Shown here: positions 1-10,016 of the stretch, piece by piece | How the letters are laid out: every line of letters starts with the position of its first letter | How positions within the stretch are numbered: the stretch's first letter is position 1 | Translations under genes and position numbers: made by a program | The notes under the pieces: generated by a model | Told to the model about the DNA's origin: nothing | The model's database searches: none | Seen by the model: only the letters and a program-made list of their open reading frames with translations | Assembly (NCBI GenBank): GCA_043803945.1 | Contig: JAZDJN010000016.1 | Coordinates: 96,001-160,000, forward strand | Source: a bacterium | Lineage (GTDB): Bacteria; Bacteroidota; Ignavibacteria; UBA10030 | DNA: 64,000 nucleotides | Direction: 5' to 3'

Positions 1-175
1 ATCACTCTTGAAGGAAGAAACGCTTCCATAACCTAAAATCACCGCGTTGTTCCGGTTTAGTGCGCTTAGATCGGTGGAGCCGCTCAACATTGAGGATAGC
101 CCTCATGGTCTCTTCCATGGTGCAGTGATACCTCGGTGACACTCACATCGAATCTGTCAGGAATACCACACTTCG

Positions 176-1435
176 CTATCGGCGCTTGCGCTCCCGGTAG
201 TCCCGGACGAGATCCATGAACATCTCCACGTCCTGACTCCAATCCTTCGCTTTCCCATCGAAGTACAACACCTTGATCGGGATGTTGTCGTGATCACGAC
301 TGATTTTTAAATAGATGGCTTCGCATACAATCGCGTTCATGCACGTGAAAGGACTGATATCGATGATGCCATCTACGCCCTTCTCTTGAAGGTACACTGC
401 TCTTCCTGTGTTGATCACCATCTCGCCCATGGTTGCATAAGAGGGAAGGTATTGGAGGGATCGGCGGAAGATTTCGTTAATGTCCGCTGGCTCTTCATAC
501 CCTCGAAAATCTTCTCTGAACTGGGCCATCAGCGCGCGCTCGTTCCAGCGCTGTATCAACCGGCGCAACTCGAATGCTCCTCTGGCCAATGAGAATGACC
601 GACCGCTTGCACGGAGATTCAGCGCGACTTCCTCGTTTGTGTACTCTACCCACTCGATGACTCCTGAAAGCCAGACTTCTCCTCCGTAATCTTCTATGTG
701 ACGAATGATCTCGTTGTTCGATCCCTCGTCGAGCCGGCAGTAGATTTCCCCCACGCCTCCGATGAGTGGCTTGCTCCCTGGGTCATGGATCGAAATGTTA
801 TGGAATGCGTTACGCACCTCTCTAAGCGACAAGATCAGTCCATGCAGTCGGTCCCGGTGAGTAACGCCGGAACGAGCCAGAGCTCCGGAGGCTCTGTCGA
901 GAGCATCAGCGTAGACGGCATCGGTTTCTCCGCGGGTGCACTCATATGGACGGGTCTTCAACAGGAGCTTGAGGAGTATATCCCCGACAACAGTTGCACG
1001 CCACGCGGTGCGGAGGAATTCGCTGCCGTACATCCCGAACGCACTGTACCCGTCGCTCGACGATGGCGAAAGGATCATGATGTCGCCATAGCCTAGCTTC
1101 CCGAAAACTTTTCGGAAGAATGGCGCATACTGTCCGAAGCGACATGGTCCGTGCGTGGTGGGCATCAAGAATGCCGTTCTGCGGGTATCAAATCCAGGCT
1201 GACTCACAACCTTTAGCATTCCGGCAAGAGTGACACGCTGCGGCAGGCATTCATCACCTGAGGTATAGGCGCTTGCCATCCTCAGTGCATCCGGCGTGCA
1301 TTCGGGCAGCACCTCGGCTTCAATGTTCATGGAACGGAATGCGGCTGCCATCATCCGCGCACACCCGTGGTTCATGCGCGGAATGTACACAGTCCGTTCT
1401 GCCAACGGCCGAGTGATCACCGACAATCCAGTCAC
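176..1435 (-). CDS. 2-hydroxyacyl-CoA dehydratase/reductase-like subunit (PlsR/Ger-like partner of the activase)
   Basis: 419-aa ORF with SGDECLP, GPCRFGQY, VGEIYCR and ISPFTCM motifs typical of the partner of CoA-activase proteins; overlaps the upstream activase gene by 4 bp. Confidence 0.8.
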   Translation of the reverse strand: MTGLSVITRPLAERTVYIPRMNHGCARMMAAAFRSMNIEAEVLPECTPDALRMASAYTSGDECLPQRVTLAGMLKVVSQPGFDTRRTAFLMPTTHGPCRFGQYAPFFRKVFGKLGYGDIMILSPSSSDGYSAFGMYGSEFLRTAWRATVVGDILLKLLLKTRPYECTRGETDAVYADALDRASGALARSGVTHRDRLHGLILSLREVRNAFHNISIHDPGSKPLIGGVGEIYCRLDEGSNNEIIRHIEDYGGEVWLSGVIEWVEYTNEEVALNLRASGRSFSLARGAFELRRLIQRWNERALMAQFREDFRGYEEPADINEIFRRSLQYLPSYATMGEMVINTGRAVYLQEKGVDGIIDISPFTCMNAIVCEAIYLKISRDHDNIPIKVLYFDGKAKDWSQDVEMFMDLVRDYRERKRR

Positions 1436-4400
1436 GTAAGGAATCCTTTCGAATGCAAATACGCCTCACAGCGGGTGATCATTCCAGCATCGTTGCTGTG
1501 TCCGTCGAACTGAAGCGTCAAGAACGGTCTCCCGGACGCCTCTGCCACGTAGTGCTTCACGTAGGAATCGGGCCCGCACTTGAAATTCGTGGTATAGATG
1601 ATATGAGCGCGGGGAAACTGCTTGAGCGCGAGAGCTGCCTGCAGGATCTGTTTGCCACAATGCCAGTACATATTCTCGTGGACCGTGCGGACATCAAATT
1701 GTTCCAGATCGAAGAAGTCAAACGGTACAACGTTAATCCCATAGTAGTCGCGCAACTTCCCCGCAAGGTTGAGGTTCACGGCTCGATCGTAGATATTATA
1801 CGCCCGGCCAACAATCACGATGGCGCGCTCATTCATTCCTCGCAGAGCATCCAGCACCTCGGCACCTTTCGAACCGAGTGTTGCCCAGAAACGTCGTTGG
1901 GCCTCGAAAGCACACTCTGTTGCGCGATTGCTTTCAGCCCTCGATACTTCGAGCGTGCGAGCAAACGAAGCAAGCTCTTTTTTCACTCCCTTTGTACCCC
2001 GACTAAAATGGAGCGTCGGTATGAGAAACCGGTCGCGCGCTCCTTCGAAGGATGCCTGACAGCGGGTTACAAACGGAAGCGTCATGGTCCAGGGGCATGC
2101 GTACGGCGTGAGCGACGAATTGTCCATTTCCGCATCGATGATGTTCGGCAGCAGTACGTGCTCCACATTTTTGCGAAGAAGATTCAGAATGTGTCCGTTC
2201 GCAAGCTTAATCGGGAAACAGGGTTCAACAACTGTGGCTTCCACACCTGCATCCACGACCTCACGATTTGAAGGATCAGAAAGAACAACCTCAAAACCAA
2301 GCTCAGTCAGATATGCATTGAAGAATGGGAATTGGGTGTAAAACATGAGAGCACGGGGGATTCCAATCCGTGGCTTTAGTCCGTTACGCTTTGGACTATA
2401 AGTCTCAAAAAGAAGCTTCTCGCGGAATGCCAAGAGGTCAGGAATGGCAGCTTTTCGCACCACCTTCGTACTCTTGCGAAACTTGTCCGAACACTTGTCC
2501 CCCCAGTAAGTCTTCTCGTTTCCGACTCGCACCTGCTGGATCTCACAGTAGTTAGAGCACGCTTTGCATGTGAATTGATGGGTTGAGGAGCTTGTGAGGT
2601 CGAGGCGGAAACCCCGGAAGGAGGTTGAGGAGTGCATTGGAGAGCGCGGCTGTTTCTCGGCTTTCACTTTTTCGCGGGCCAGGATAGCCATGCCAATGGC
2701 CCCCAATACACCGTTGTGAGGCGGAACGATGATGCGCTTCTTTAGAAGCATGGCGAACGCGGCTGCAACCGCATCATTGTATGCTGTGCCCCCCTGGAAG
2801 TAGGTCACGCCACCGATTTTCCGGCCACCGACAACACGGTTGAGATAGTTCAGAGCAATCGAATACGCCAGGCCCGCAACAATATCTATCTTCTCGGTCC
2901 CTTGGTGAATGTGTGTATTGATGTCACTCTCGATGAAGACCGTGCATCGTTCACCGAACTGAACAGGTGCAGTTGATGCAAACGCCAGTGCAGAGAATTC
3001 CTTCACGATGTTGATGCCAAGTCGCTCGGCCTGTTCTTCGAGAAATGAGCCTGTCCCAGCCGCACAAACCTCGTTCATGGCGAAGTCCACCACTACACCA
3101 TCCTCGATGCTGATGAATTTCGAGTCTTGCCCGCCAATCTCGAAGATTGTATCGACCTTCTGCTCCTGCAAGCGCCTGCTGATGTAGAGCGCTCCGGTCT
3201 TATGTGCTGTAATCTCATCGTTGATCGTGTCCGCCCCAACGAGTGCTCCGATCAACTCACGTCCAGATCCTGTTGTTCCAACCGCACAAACTCGTATGCG
3301 GGATCCAAGTTCCTCTTCAATGTCTCGAAGTCCTCGGTTCACAACTTCAATCGGTCTTCCCTCTGTCCGAACGTAGATCTCTTTAATGAGGTTGTCGTCA
3401 TCATCGATAAGGACGAGGTTTGTGCTCACTGACCCTACGTCGATTCCAAGGTACACATCAACGGGTAAGATCTTACCTTCAAAGGAATAGGGGACGACGC
3501 GATCTCGCAGAAACAAGACATTATCGGTCGAGAGAGTGGGCAGTCGGCCAGCGTTCACAGACTTCGCTCTGTTCAAAGTGTATGGTCTGCCTCGGCCAGC
3601 GATGACATGCTTTTCTGGACCGTGTTCGGAACTGTGAGTCGCCTGCCGATTTCGTTCGATGAGCGCGCAACCGATTGCACCCATAGCTGCCGGGAACGGA
3701 GGAATGATGAGCGATTCACCATCAAGCTCGAAGACCTTCCTGAGAGCTCCAACGACACCCTTGTTCAAGGCCAAACCGCCAGCGAAGAGAACCTTTGGCA
3801 GGATCTGCTTGCCTCTGCAAACACTGCTCTTGAAATTGCGCACGACAGCTTCACAGAGGCCCCGCAGAATCGCCGGTGGGCTGTACCCCTTCTGCTGCGC
3901 GTGGACCATATCGGTCTTGGCAAAGACTGAACATCGGCCCGCAATCAGTGCTGCCTTTTCGGCCTGGAGCGCCACCTCGCCCACCTGTTCAAGCGAGTAT
4001 TTCAATCTCGTCGCCTGTTGCTCGATGAATGCACCCGTTCCAGCAGCACAGTCGCCGTTCTTCTCATAGTCAAGAATCCGAACAATCTGTTGGCTCTTGG
4101 CTTCGATTCTCGCATATCGCGCCGTCTCCCCGCCAAGCTCAAGGACAGTCTGCACTTCGGGGTAGAGTGTACCGGCTGCTTGGGCAATTGCTCTGAAGCT
4201 GTTCTCAAATGGGGCGCCTAGGAGTGTGCTCAGTGCGTTTCCTCCGCTTCCTGTGACGCACAGGCCGACGATTTCTAGATGCTCAAACGTGGTACGGAAA
4301 TCGTCAAGGAGCGTGCGCGCAGTCTCTATAGGCTCACCTCGTGTGCAGAAGCTGCGCGAAAGCAACAGCGGATGACCACCAGCCTGGGCGAAGAAGAAAG

Positions 4401-4518
4401 TGCTCGCGGCCTTGCCGGATATTGAACCGGCAACCAATGGATCGTCCATCGTTCCGCAGGCAGCAAGTTTCACTGCCACCGATCCGACATCAATACCAAT
4501 ACATATCTTCACGATCAC
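1432..4518 (-). CDS. Double acyl-CoA dehydratase activase (BadF/BadG/BcrA/BcrD ATPase) with DUF2229-like C-terminus (PlsA-like)
   Basis: Two GIDVGS...TGSG...GG(E/Q)...CAAGTG(A/S)F...(G/E)RC(S/T)VF activase modules, CKACSNYC, and a C-terminal PCFPIK...NFKCGPDS region. Confidence 0.88.
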   Translation of the reverse strand: MIVKICIGIDVGSVAVKLAACGTMDDPLVAGSISGKAASTFFFAQAGGHPLLLSRSFCTRGEPIETARTLLDDFRTTFEHLEIVGLCVTGSGGNALSTLLGAPFENSFRAIAQAAGTLYPEVQTVLELGGETARYARIEAKSQQIVRILDYEKNGDCAAGTGAFIEQQATRLKYSLEQVGEVALQAEKAALIAGRCSVFAKTDMVHAQQKGYSPPAILRGLCEAVVRNFKSSVCRGKQILPKVLFAGGLALNKGVVGALRKVFELDGESLIIPPFPAAMGAIGCALIERNRQATHSSEHGPEKHVIAGRGRPYTLNRAKSVNAGRLPTLSTDNVLFLRDRVVPYSFEGKILPVDVYLGIDVGSVSTNLVLIDDDDNLIKEIYVRTEGRPIEVVNRGLRDIEEELGSRIRVCAVGTTGSGRELIGALVGADTINDEITAHKTGALYISRRLQEQKVDTIFEIGGQDSKFISIEDGVVVDFAMNEVCAAGTGSFLEEQAERLGINIVKEFSALAFASTAPVQFGERCTVFIESDINTHIHQGTEKIDIVAGLAYSIALNYLNRVVGGRKIGGVTYFQGGTAYNDAVAAAFAMLLKKRIIVPPHNGVLGAIGMAILAREKVKAEKQPRSPMHSSTSFRGFRLDLTSSSTHQFTCKACSNYCEIQQVRVGNEKTYWGDKCSDKFRKSTKVVRKAAIPDLLAFREKLLFETYSPKRNGLKPRIGIPRALMFYTQFPFFNAYLTELGFEVVLSDPSNREVVDAGVEATVVEPCFPIKLANGHILNLLRKNVEHVLLPNIIDAEMDNSSLTPYACPWTMTLPFVTRCQASFEGARDRFLIPTLHFSRGTKGVKKELASFARTLEVSRAESNRATECAFEAQRRFWATLGSKGAEVLDALRGMNERAIVIVGRAYNIYDRAVNLNLAGKLRDYYGINVVPFDFFDLEQFDVRTVHENMYWHCGKQILQAALALKQFPRAHIIYTTNFKCGPDSYVKHYVAEASGRPFLTLQFDGHSNDAGMITRCEAYLHSKGFLT

Positions 4519-4795
4519 TCCTGCTCGAATTACAGCGACTCGATGATTCTATAGTGGGATATCGTCTGCACTATCATACTTCACGCCTCCGCTAGGAAGA
4601 TGTTGGATCCTCAAATTCCAACTGCTCATAAAAAGCGTTCGCAGGGAATTTTGGGACATCTCGCCACTCCCAAGCTTTTCAAGGATTTCATAATAAGAGA
4701 TTATCTGACCAATCATATCATTCCCTCCGCTTTTCCCTTTCCCATCGATTTGACTTGAGCCGATAGATCAGAATTCTTCCATTGTCACTTCTCCA

Positions 4796-6241
4796 TCAGA
4801 AGTTCGGCCCAATTTCTTTTTCGAAGGCCTCTGTCAAGGTCGCTCCCCAATTCTCCAGGGCTTCGAGCTTGCCGAAGAAAAATCTTAGAACGGGCGGTTC
4901 TTCGATAAATTTCAATCCCTTTACTTTCTCTCGATGACCATACAACCATTTCAACCGATCAACGGCATACTCGATTTGCGACATCGTATACACCCTTCGG
5001 GGAATGGCAAGCCGTGCCAACTCGAGGTCTGCATAGACTTCGTTTCCATATTTATCGCGATCAGTAGAAATTGTGCCTCGTTCCATACTTCTTACCCCCG
5101 AAGCGATGTAAATGGCAGCCGCTAATGCACCTGCCGGGTACTGTGCTTGCGGAATGTGAGGCAGAAAGAGCTTCGCATCGAGGTGACATGCCAATCCCCC
5201 GGGGGGCGTAACAACAGGGATTCCATTTTCGATCAATCGCTCAGCAAAATATTTGACGAATTCTGCTGCGCTTCCCGCCACATTGAGATCGGTCATCTCC
5301 CGGAGGCCCACAGCCATCGCTTCGATTTCTTTTATGGACATTCCGCCGTACGTTAAAAATCCCTCATAGAGGGGAAGCCAAGGCTTAATATCCTCAAAAA
5401 CTTTCTTGTTGTTCGTGGCAATAAAGCCGCCGCGCACGCAAGTGCTCTTTCTCCCAGAGAGGTAGAATATATCTACACAATTCATTAATTCAGTGATGAT
5501 CTCCTGAATGCTTTTATGTTCATACCCTTCTTCCCGTTGCTTGATGAAATACGCGTTTTCTGAAATCAGGCTTCCATCAAAGACTAGCGGAATACAATAG
5601 TCAGATGCGATCTTCTTTACATCCTTCAAATTCTGTAACGAGAATGGCTGACCACCTAAAAGATTTGTCGTTGCCTCCATTCTGATGAAGGGAATTTTCT
5701 CTTTCCCATACTTCGCGATGACATCTTTGAATTTCTGGAGATCGAGATTCCCTTTGAATGGATTGGTGCTCTGCGTATTCAGAGCTTCATCGGTGAAAAT
5801 TTCCAATACCGTACCGCCTGCCATCTCAAAATGCGCTCGTGTCGTGGTGAAATGATAATTCATCGGGATCACATCACCCGGTTTCACAAACACTTTTGCC
5901 AGAAGATGTTCCGCTGCCCTGCCCTGATGGACCGGTAGAACGTACTGGAAGCCGAGCACATCCTTGATTGCATCGGCAAGCTTATAGAAACTCTCGCAGC
6001 CAGCATAGGCATCATCAGCGACCATCATGGCAGCGAGTTGATTATCACTCATCGCGTTGGTGCCACTATCAGTCAACATATCAAGAAAGATGTATTTTGT
6101 TCGTAGTGAGAAGGTATTATACCCTCCTTCTTCGATGACACGCAATCGTTCGCGTACGGGAACGAGGTACGTTTTCTGCACAATCCGCACTTTGTGATTC
6201 TCAACCGGGATTGTCTTTCCGTTTGATAAGAGTACGTTCAT
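4796..6241 (-). CDS. tnaA: Tryptophanase / beta-eliminating lyase (PLP-dependent)
   Basis: DMLTDSGTNAMS, DDAYAG, HQGRAAE, YEGFLTYGGM, RLAIPRRVYT and LRFF motifs; the PLP-Lys region is a variant (SGRKS), so tyrosine phenol-lyase is not excluded. Confidence 0.8.
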   Translation of the reverse strand: MNVLLSNGKTIPVENHKVRIVQKTYLVPVRERLRVIEEGGYNTFSLRTKYIFLDMLTDSGTNAMSDNQLAAMMVADDAYAGCESFYKLADAIKDVLGFQYVLPVHQGRAAEHLLAKVFVKPGDVIPMNYHFTTTRAHFEMAGGTVLEIFTDEALNTQSTNPFKGNLDLQKFKDVIAKYGKEKIPFIRMEATTNLLGGQPFSLQNLKDVKKIASDYCIPLVFDGSLISENAYFIKQREEGYEHKSIQEIITELMNCVDIFYLSGRKSTCVRGGFIATNNKKVFEDIKPWLPLYEGFLTYGGMSIKEIEAMAVGLREMTDLNVAGSAAEFVKYFAERLIENGIPVVTPPGGLACHLDAKLFLPHIPQAQYPAGALAAAIYIASGVRSMERGTISTDRDKYGNEVYADLELARLAIPRRVYTMSQIEYAVDRLKWLYGHREKVKGLKFIEEPPVLRFFFGKLEALENWGATLTEAFEKEIGPNF

Positions 6242-6349
6242 AGATCGATCCTTCTCAAGATGAATTGTGTATAGATTCCTTTTAAGAAAATGATACGAAG
6301 GGGATCAAAGATCCCATCGGGAGTACTCTAGAAACTTAAACGAAAGCCT

Positions 6350-6490
6350 CACCACAAAGGGCACAGAGGACGCAAAGGACAGAGAGAGAATAGACTAACA
6401 AAAAATCAAAAAAATCCACCGTTCTTCCTTTGCTTGCCCGCTGCTTGCCTGCGGACTGCCATGACAGGCGGGTGGCCTTTGCGAACTTTA
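6350..6490. repeat. Imperfect palindromic REP/MITE-like element with an internal GC-rich hairpin
   Basis: accacaaagggcacagaggacgcaaag 9-mer arm versus cctttgc...cctttgcgaac arm; inner GC-rich segment at about 6433-6476. Confidence 0.55.
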
Positions 6491-6622
6491 ATAATCGATC
6501 CATTTGACTTTCGGACATTCGGCCTTTACTTCATTGAACCATTTTCTCCCAATGGTTTCGTGCTTGTGAAGATTTCCAAGTCCATTGGATGAAAGTTTCG
6601 TAAGTATGATATACGTCGGCAT
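6488..6622 (-). pseudogene. Truncated GYD-domain protein (N-terminal 44 aa)
   Basis: Strong RBS (GAGGAGGAG), then MPTYIILTKLSSNGLGNLHKHETIGRKWFNEVKAECPKVKWIDY*; resembles GYD-family N-termini; the stop lies at the edge of the repeat element. Confidence 0.6.
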
Positions 6623-6669
6623 CGCGCTCCTCCTCTTGATTGTAAATGATGACCATGATCCTTGAAACC

Positions 6670-7959
6670 TCAGACTCCTAACACACTTTCATAGCCGTGT
6701 AAATCGAGAAAACCATGTCCACTGATGTTGAACGCGATCACCTTCTGCTGGCCGCTCTCCCTGCACTTGAGAGCCTCATCGATGGCACAACAGACAGCGT
6801 ATGCCGACTCAGGTGCCGGGAGCCATCCTTCAGCCTCGATAAAGAGTTTTGCGTTTTCGAACACATGCTTTTCATCCGCCGGAAAAGCTACGGTATCAAT
6901 GATCGCTTTATGACGGAGAAAGCTTATGATGGGTGAACAGCCATGATAACGCAGTCCATCACCTTTGATAGGTGACATCGCAGTACGATGTCCCAACGTA
7001 TACATCTTCAGCATGGGTGTAATCTCAGCGTAATCGGCAAAGTCGTACTCATACGTACCCTGCAGATTAGGAGCTACCTGGCTTTGGGCTGCGATGAACT
7101 GGATCTTCTTTCCCTTTGTTAGTACATCGCCAACGAACGGTAAAGCAAATCCACCGAAATTCGATCCCCCTCCAAGACAGGCGATAACCACGTCAGGATA
7201 ATCATCGAAGATTTCAAACTGCTTCTGTGTTTCCAGACCAATAATGGTTTGATGCATCAAGACATGATTCAGAACTGAGCCGAGAGCATAGGTCGCCTTT
7301 GGATCTTTTTGCGAGTCTTCAAGACCCTCAGAGATTGCGATGCCCAGTGAGCCGACATGGTTCGGATCGAGCTGGTAGAGCGATCTGCCAAATTCTGTTG
7401 CGGGACTTGGAGAAGCATGAACGTCTGCTCCGAGGAGTTTCATGAAGTACAATCGATCTTTTTTCCAATTGTAGACACTGCGCACCCAAAAGACTGTGCA
7501 CTTTAATCCGGTAACTGCAGACGCGTAGGCAAGTGCAGTACCCCATTGACCCGCACCCGTTTCAGTAGTGACTCTCTCGAATCCCTGTTCTTTCGCGTAC
7601 CAGCATTGAGCAAGTGCGGTATTCACCTTATGGCTGCCGGTAGGACTAAAGAACTCTCCTTTGTAATACAGGCGAGCTGGTGTATCGAGTCGTTTTTCGA
7701 GATTGGTGGCACGGAAGAGCGGCCGCGGCCGGCCTGCCTTAAAATAGAGATCGAGAATACCCCCTGGGATATCGATCCAATGCTCGTTCGAGAATTCTTG
7801 CTTCAGGCATTCACCAATCATCAGGTTGGGCAGATTCTGTATGCGTGAAGGACCCTCTGCAGGATCTTTCGGTGGGGGCAATGGTTCTGGTAAATCGGGA
7901 ATGATATTATACCATTGAGTAGGTAATTGATCTTCTGTTAGGATCGAAATGTTCTTCAT
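6670..7959 (-). CDS. trpB2: TrpB2-type (TrpB-like) PLP-dependent tryptophan synthase beta enzyme
   Basis: PTQWYNI, SPTGSHKVNTA (PLP Lys), TETGAGQWG, LGSVLNHV, GGGSNFGG, PAPESA, FNISGHG; start refined to ATG 7959. Confidence 0.88.
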   Translation of the reverse strand: MKNISILTEDQLPTQWYNIIPDLPEPLPPPKDPAEGPSRIQNLPNLMIGECLKQEFSNEHWIDIPGGILDLYFKAGRPRPLFRATNLEKRLDTPARLYYKGEFFSPTGSHKVNTALAQCWYAKEQGFERVTTETGAGQWGTALAYASAVTGLKCTVFWVRSVYNWKKDRLYFMKLLGADVHASPSPATEFGRSLYQLDPNHVGSLGIAISEGLEDSQKDPKATYALGSVLNHVLMHQTIIGLETQKQFEIFDDYPDVVIACLGGGSNFGGFALPFVGDVLTKGKKIQFIAAQSQVAPNLQGTYEYDFADYAEITPMLKMYTLGHRTAMSPIKGDGLRYHGCSPIISFLRHKAIIDTVAFPADEKHVFENAKLFIEAEGWLPAPESAYAVCCAIDEALKCRESGQQKVIAFNISGHGFLDLHGYESVLGV

Positions 7960-8102
7960 AGTATGATCCCTTCTGAATGCTTGGATAAAGTTGATCATGG
8001 GTCACTCTAGTTCGACTACCCAATTTGAAAGGGCAGAGTACACCCTCGTGTTCTTCTCATCACTCGCTGTCCGTCAGGTTCCGATCGCCTGGATACTTGC
8101 GT

Positions 8103-8507
8103 TTACTTCGCTCGGAGGACCTGAGCGGTTTTATCAATATCTGCCTGAGCAACCCAAAGAAATGTTCCGAAACGCCCACCAACTGCGACAGCTTCAATGG
8201 CAGCGATGTTGACACCAGCTTTGGCGATGGCATCCAGGCTTGCGACGAGCGCTCCAGTTTTATCTTTACCGCTGAAGAAAAATACAGTGCCTTCTTCAGC
8301 AAGTGTGCCGGAGGCTTTCCAGATGTTTCTCAGTTTATCAGGATTTTTCGGAACGACTAAGACCCCTCCTTCTCCCGCCTGGCTGAAACCCCTAAGCCCA
8401 ACGAGGCTTTGTTTTTTTTCCATCAAGTCTTTTACGAGAGCGAGCAAGGCCCCGGGCTTGTCCTCAATTTTCGCTTTGAAGTACGTAACGCGTTTTGCTT
8501 TTGGCAT
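8103..8507 (-). CDS. ACT domain-containing protein
   Basis: Tandem ACT-like EDKPGAL and DKTGALVASL...AGVNI motifs; RBS AAGGAG. Confidence 0.75.
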   Translation of the reverse strand: MPKAKRVTYFKAKIEDKPGALLALVKDLMEKKQSLVGLRGFSQAGEGGVLVVPKNPDKLRNIWKASGTLAEEGTVFFFSGKDKTGALVASLDAIAKAGVNIAAIEAVAVGGRFGTFLWVAQADIDKTAQVLRAK

Positions 8508-8718
8508 GGCATTCTCCTTTTGTATTGTCGGTTACCTAATTACTATTTTGTTACGAATAAATGAACTGTATCATCTCGCCCACCATAGATTTTCCCTCTC
8601 CACTTATTGCTCATCAACCTCCAACTCTCATTGTTCTTTCTTCGCCTTTTTTCTTCTCCTTTCTCCTATTCACCATTCTCTCTCCCACACTCAGGCACTC
8701 TCACACTCCCGCTTCACC

Positions 8719-8871
8719 TCACACCTCAAACTCCTCCCACTCTTTCTTCACGTGCTCCATCAGCTTCTTGAACCGCATCTCGGTGCGGAGATTGGCAATG
8801 AAGGGATCTTTCTCATAAAGGACCTGGTAGTTGATGAAGTCGCGATGAACTGCATTTTCAATCCAATCTAT
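8719..8871 (-). pseudogene. Orphan C-terminal fragment of a TPR-type (kinase/TolB-N-associated) protein
   Basis: Translates IDWIENAVHRDFINYQVLYEKDPFIANLRTEMRFKKLMEHVKKEWEEFEV*, resembling the conserved DWLE.AV.RGF.NY...DP.L.N.R...RF end of TPR proteins; no start codon or RBS. Confidence 0.6.
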
Positions 8872-8904
8872 ACGTACTCTATGGAGTACTTCAACCTCTC
8901 GTCG

Positions 8905-9768
8905 TTATTTTTTCCAACGTTCCATCATCTCCCAACGATTCACCGCCTCTAAAAAGATGTCGGCAATAGAGTCCGCTTTCTTCTGAGTATAACTCTTCGC
9001 TTTGTTCACATCGAAGTCCATATACCCAAAATCTTTTTCGGGTAATCGCGATGTCGCCCAGGAGGGGAGCATAAAGAATCCATCCTCAACACCTGCTCGT
9101 CCAACATTATCCTTTCCAAGCTTCTCGTACATTTCTTTATCAATAAGCTCCGGACGAAAGGACAGCACAAGAGCTGCTTCTTCCAAATCTCCATGTCCCG
9201 ATTGTTGAGGCTTGCCTCCATACACCTCGTTCACTGTATTGAATCCAATTTTCCACCAATCAACAGTCAACATGTGTGCACCTGTCTCAAGATGCAGTCT
9301 ACTCATTGCTTTCTTTAATGGATCCGTATTCCCACCATGACCATTGATGATTAAAATATTTTTAAAGCCAGTCCTAATGAGATGTTTAATCACATCGTAG
9401 AGATATTCCTCCATGATCTCCGGCCTCACCGTGATGGAGCCGGGGAATTGAGAAATACTCGTTCCCGTGGTACCATGGTTGATGGCGGGGGCAATCAACG
9501 CGTTACATTTATCCCAGAGCATATTGGCAAAATTCTCCGGGATATAATTATCGGTGCCAATTGCACAAACACCATGGGATTCGACCGTACCAATCGGTAA
9601 GATCACTCTATCGGTCACTTCGGGTACGACCTCGGCAAGTCTCATCCATGAATATTCCTGTAGAGCATGGAATTTCAGATCCCTCACCTTCTTCTGTGAG
9701 AGAAGTGTTGATAGACAACAACCACAGACCAGAAACAACAACGCGATGTGACGCATGCACATTTTCAT
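8905..9768 (-). CDS. Creatininase family protein (signal peptide)
   Basis: LPIGTVESHG, GTD, FPGSI, INGHGGN and HGDLEE motifs; GGAGG RBS before ATG 9768. Confidence 0.85.
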   Translation of the reverse strand: MKMCMRHIALLFLVCGCCLSTLLSQKKVRDLKFHALQEYSWMRLAEVVPEVTDRVILPIGTVESHGVCAIGTDNYIPENFANMLWDKCNALIAPAINHGTTGTSISQFPGSITVRPEIMEEYLYDVIKHLIRTGFKNILIINGHGGNTDPLKKAMSRLHLETGAHMLTVDWWKIGFNTVNEVYGGKPQQSGHGDLEEAALVLSFRPELIDKEMYEKLGKDNVGRAGVEDGFFMLPSWATSRLPEKDFGYMDFDVNKAKSYTQKKADSIADIFLEAVNRWEMMERWKK

Positions 9769-10016
9769 CTGCAATCCTCCAATGAAATTAGTGATTGGTA
9801 TTCTTGTCTCATTTGCTCTATTCCCTCAATCACACTTTCATACCGTCTCAGACGCTCACACGTGGCATCTGCTCCCAACAGAAAGTATGCATTGGGGCAG
9901 GAAAGCAGCTTCAGAGCAAACGGATTCCTGAATCAATCATTTCTATAAAGCAACCTGGCTGGGTCGCATCCTCACTCTCAACTGAACATACCGACTCGGG
10001 TTTATGAGAAACATCA

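Noticed and set aside
1-175. Possible gene start at the window's left edge (minus strand)
   Set aside because: Too little sequence to support a call
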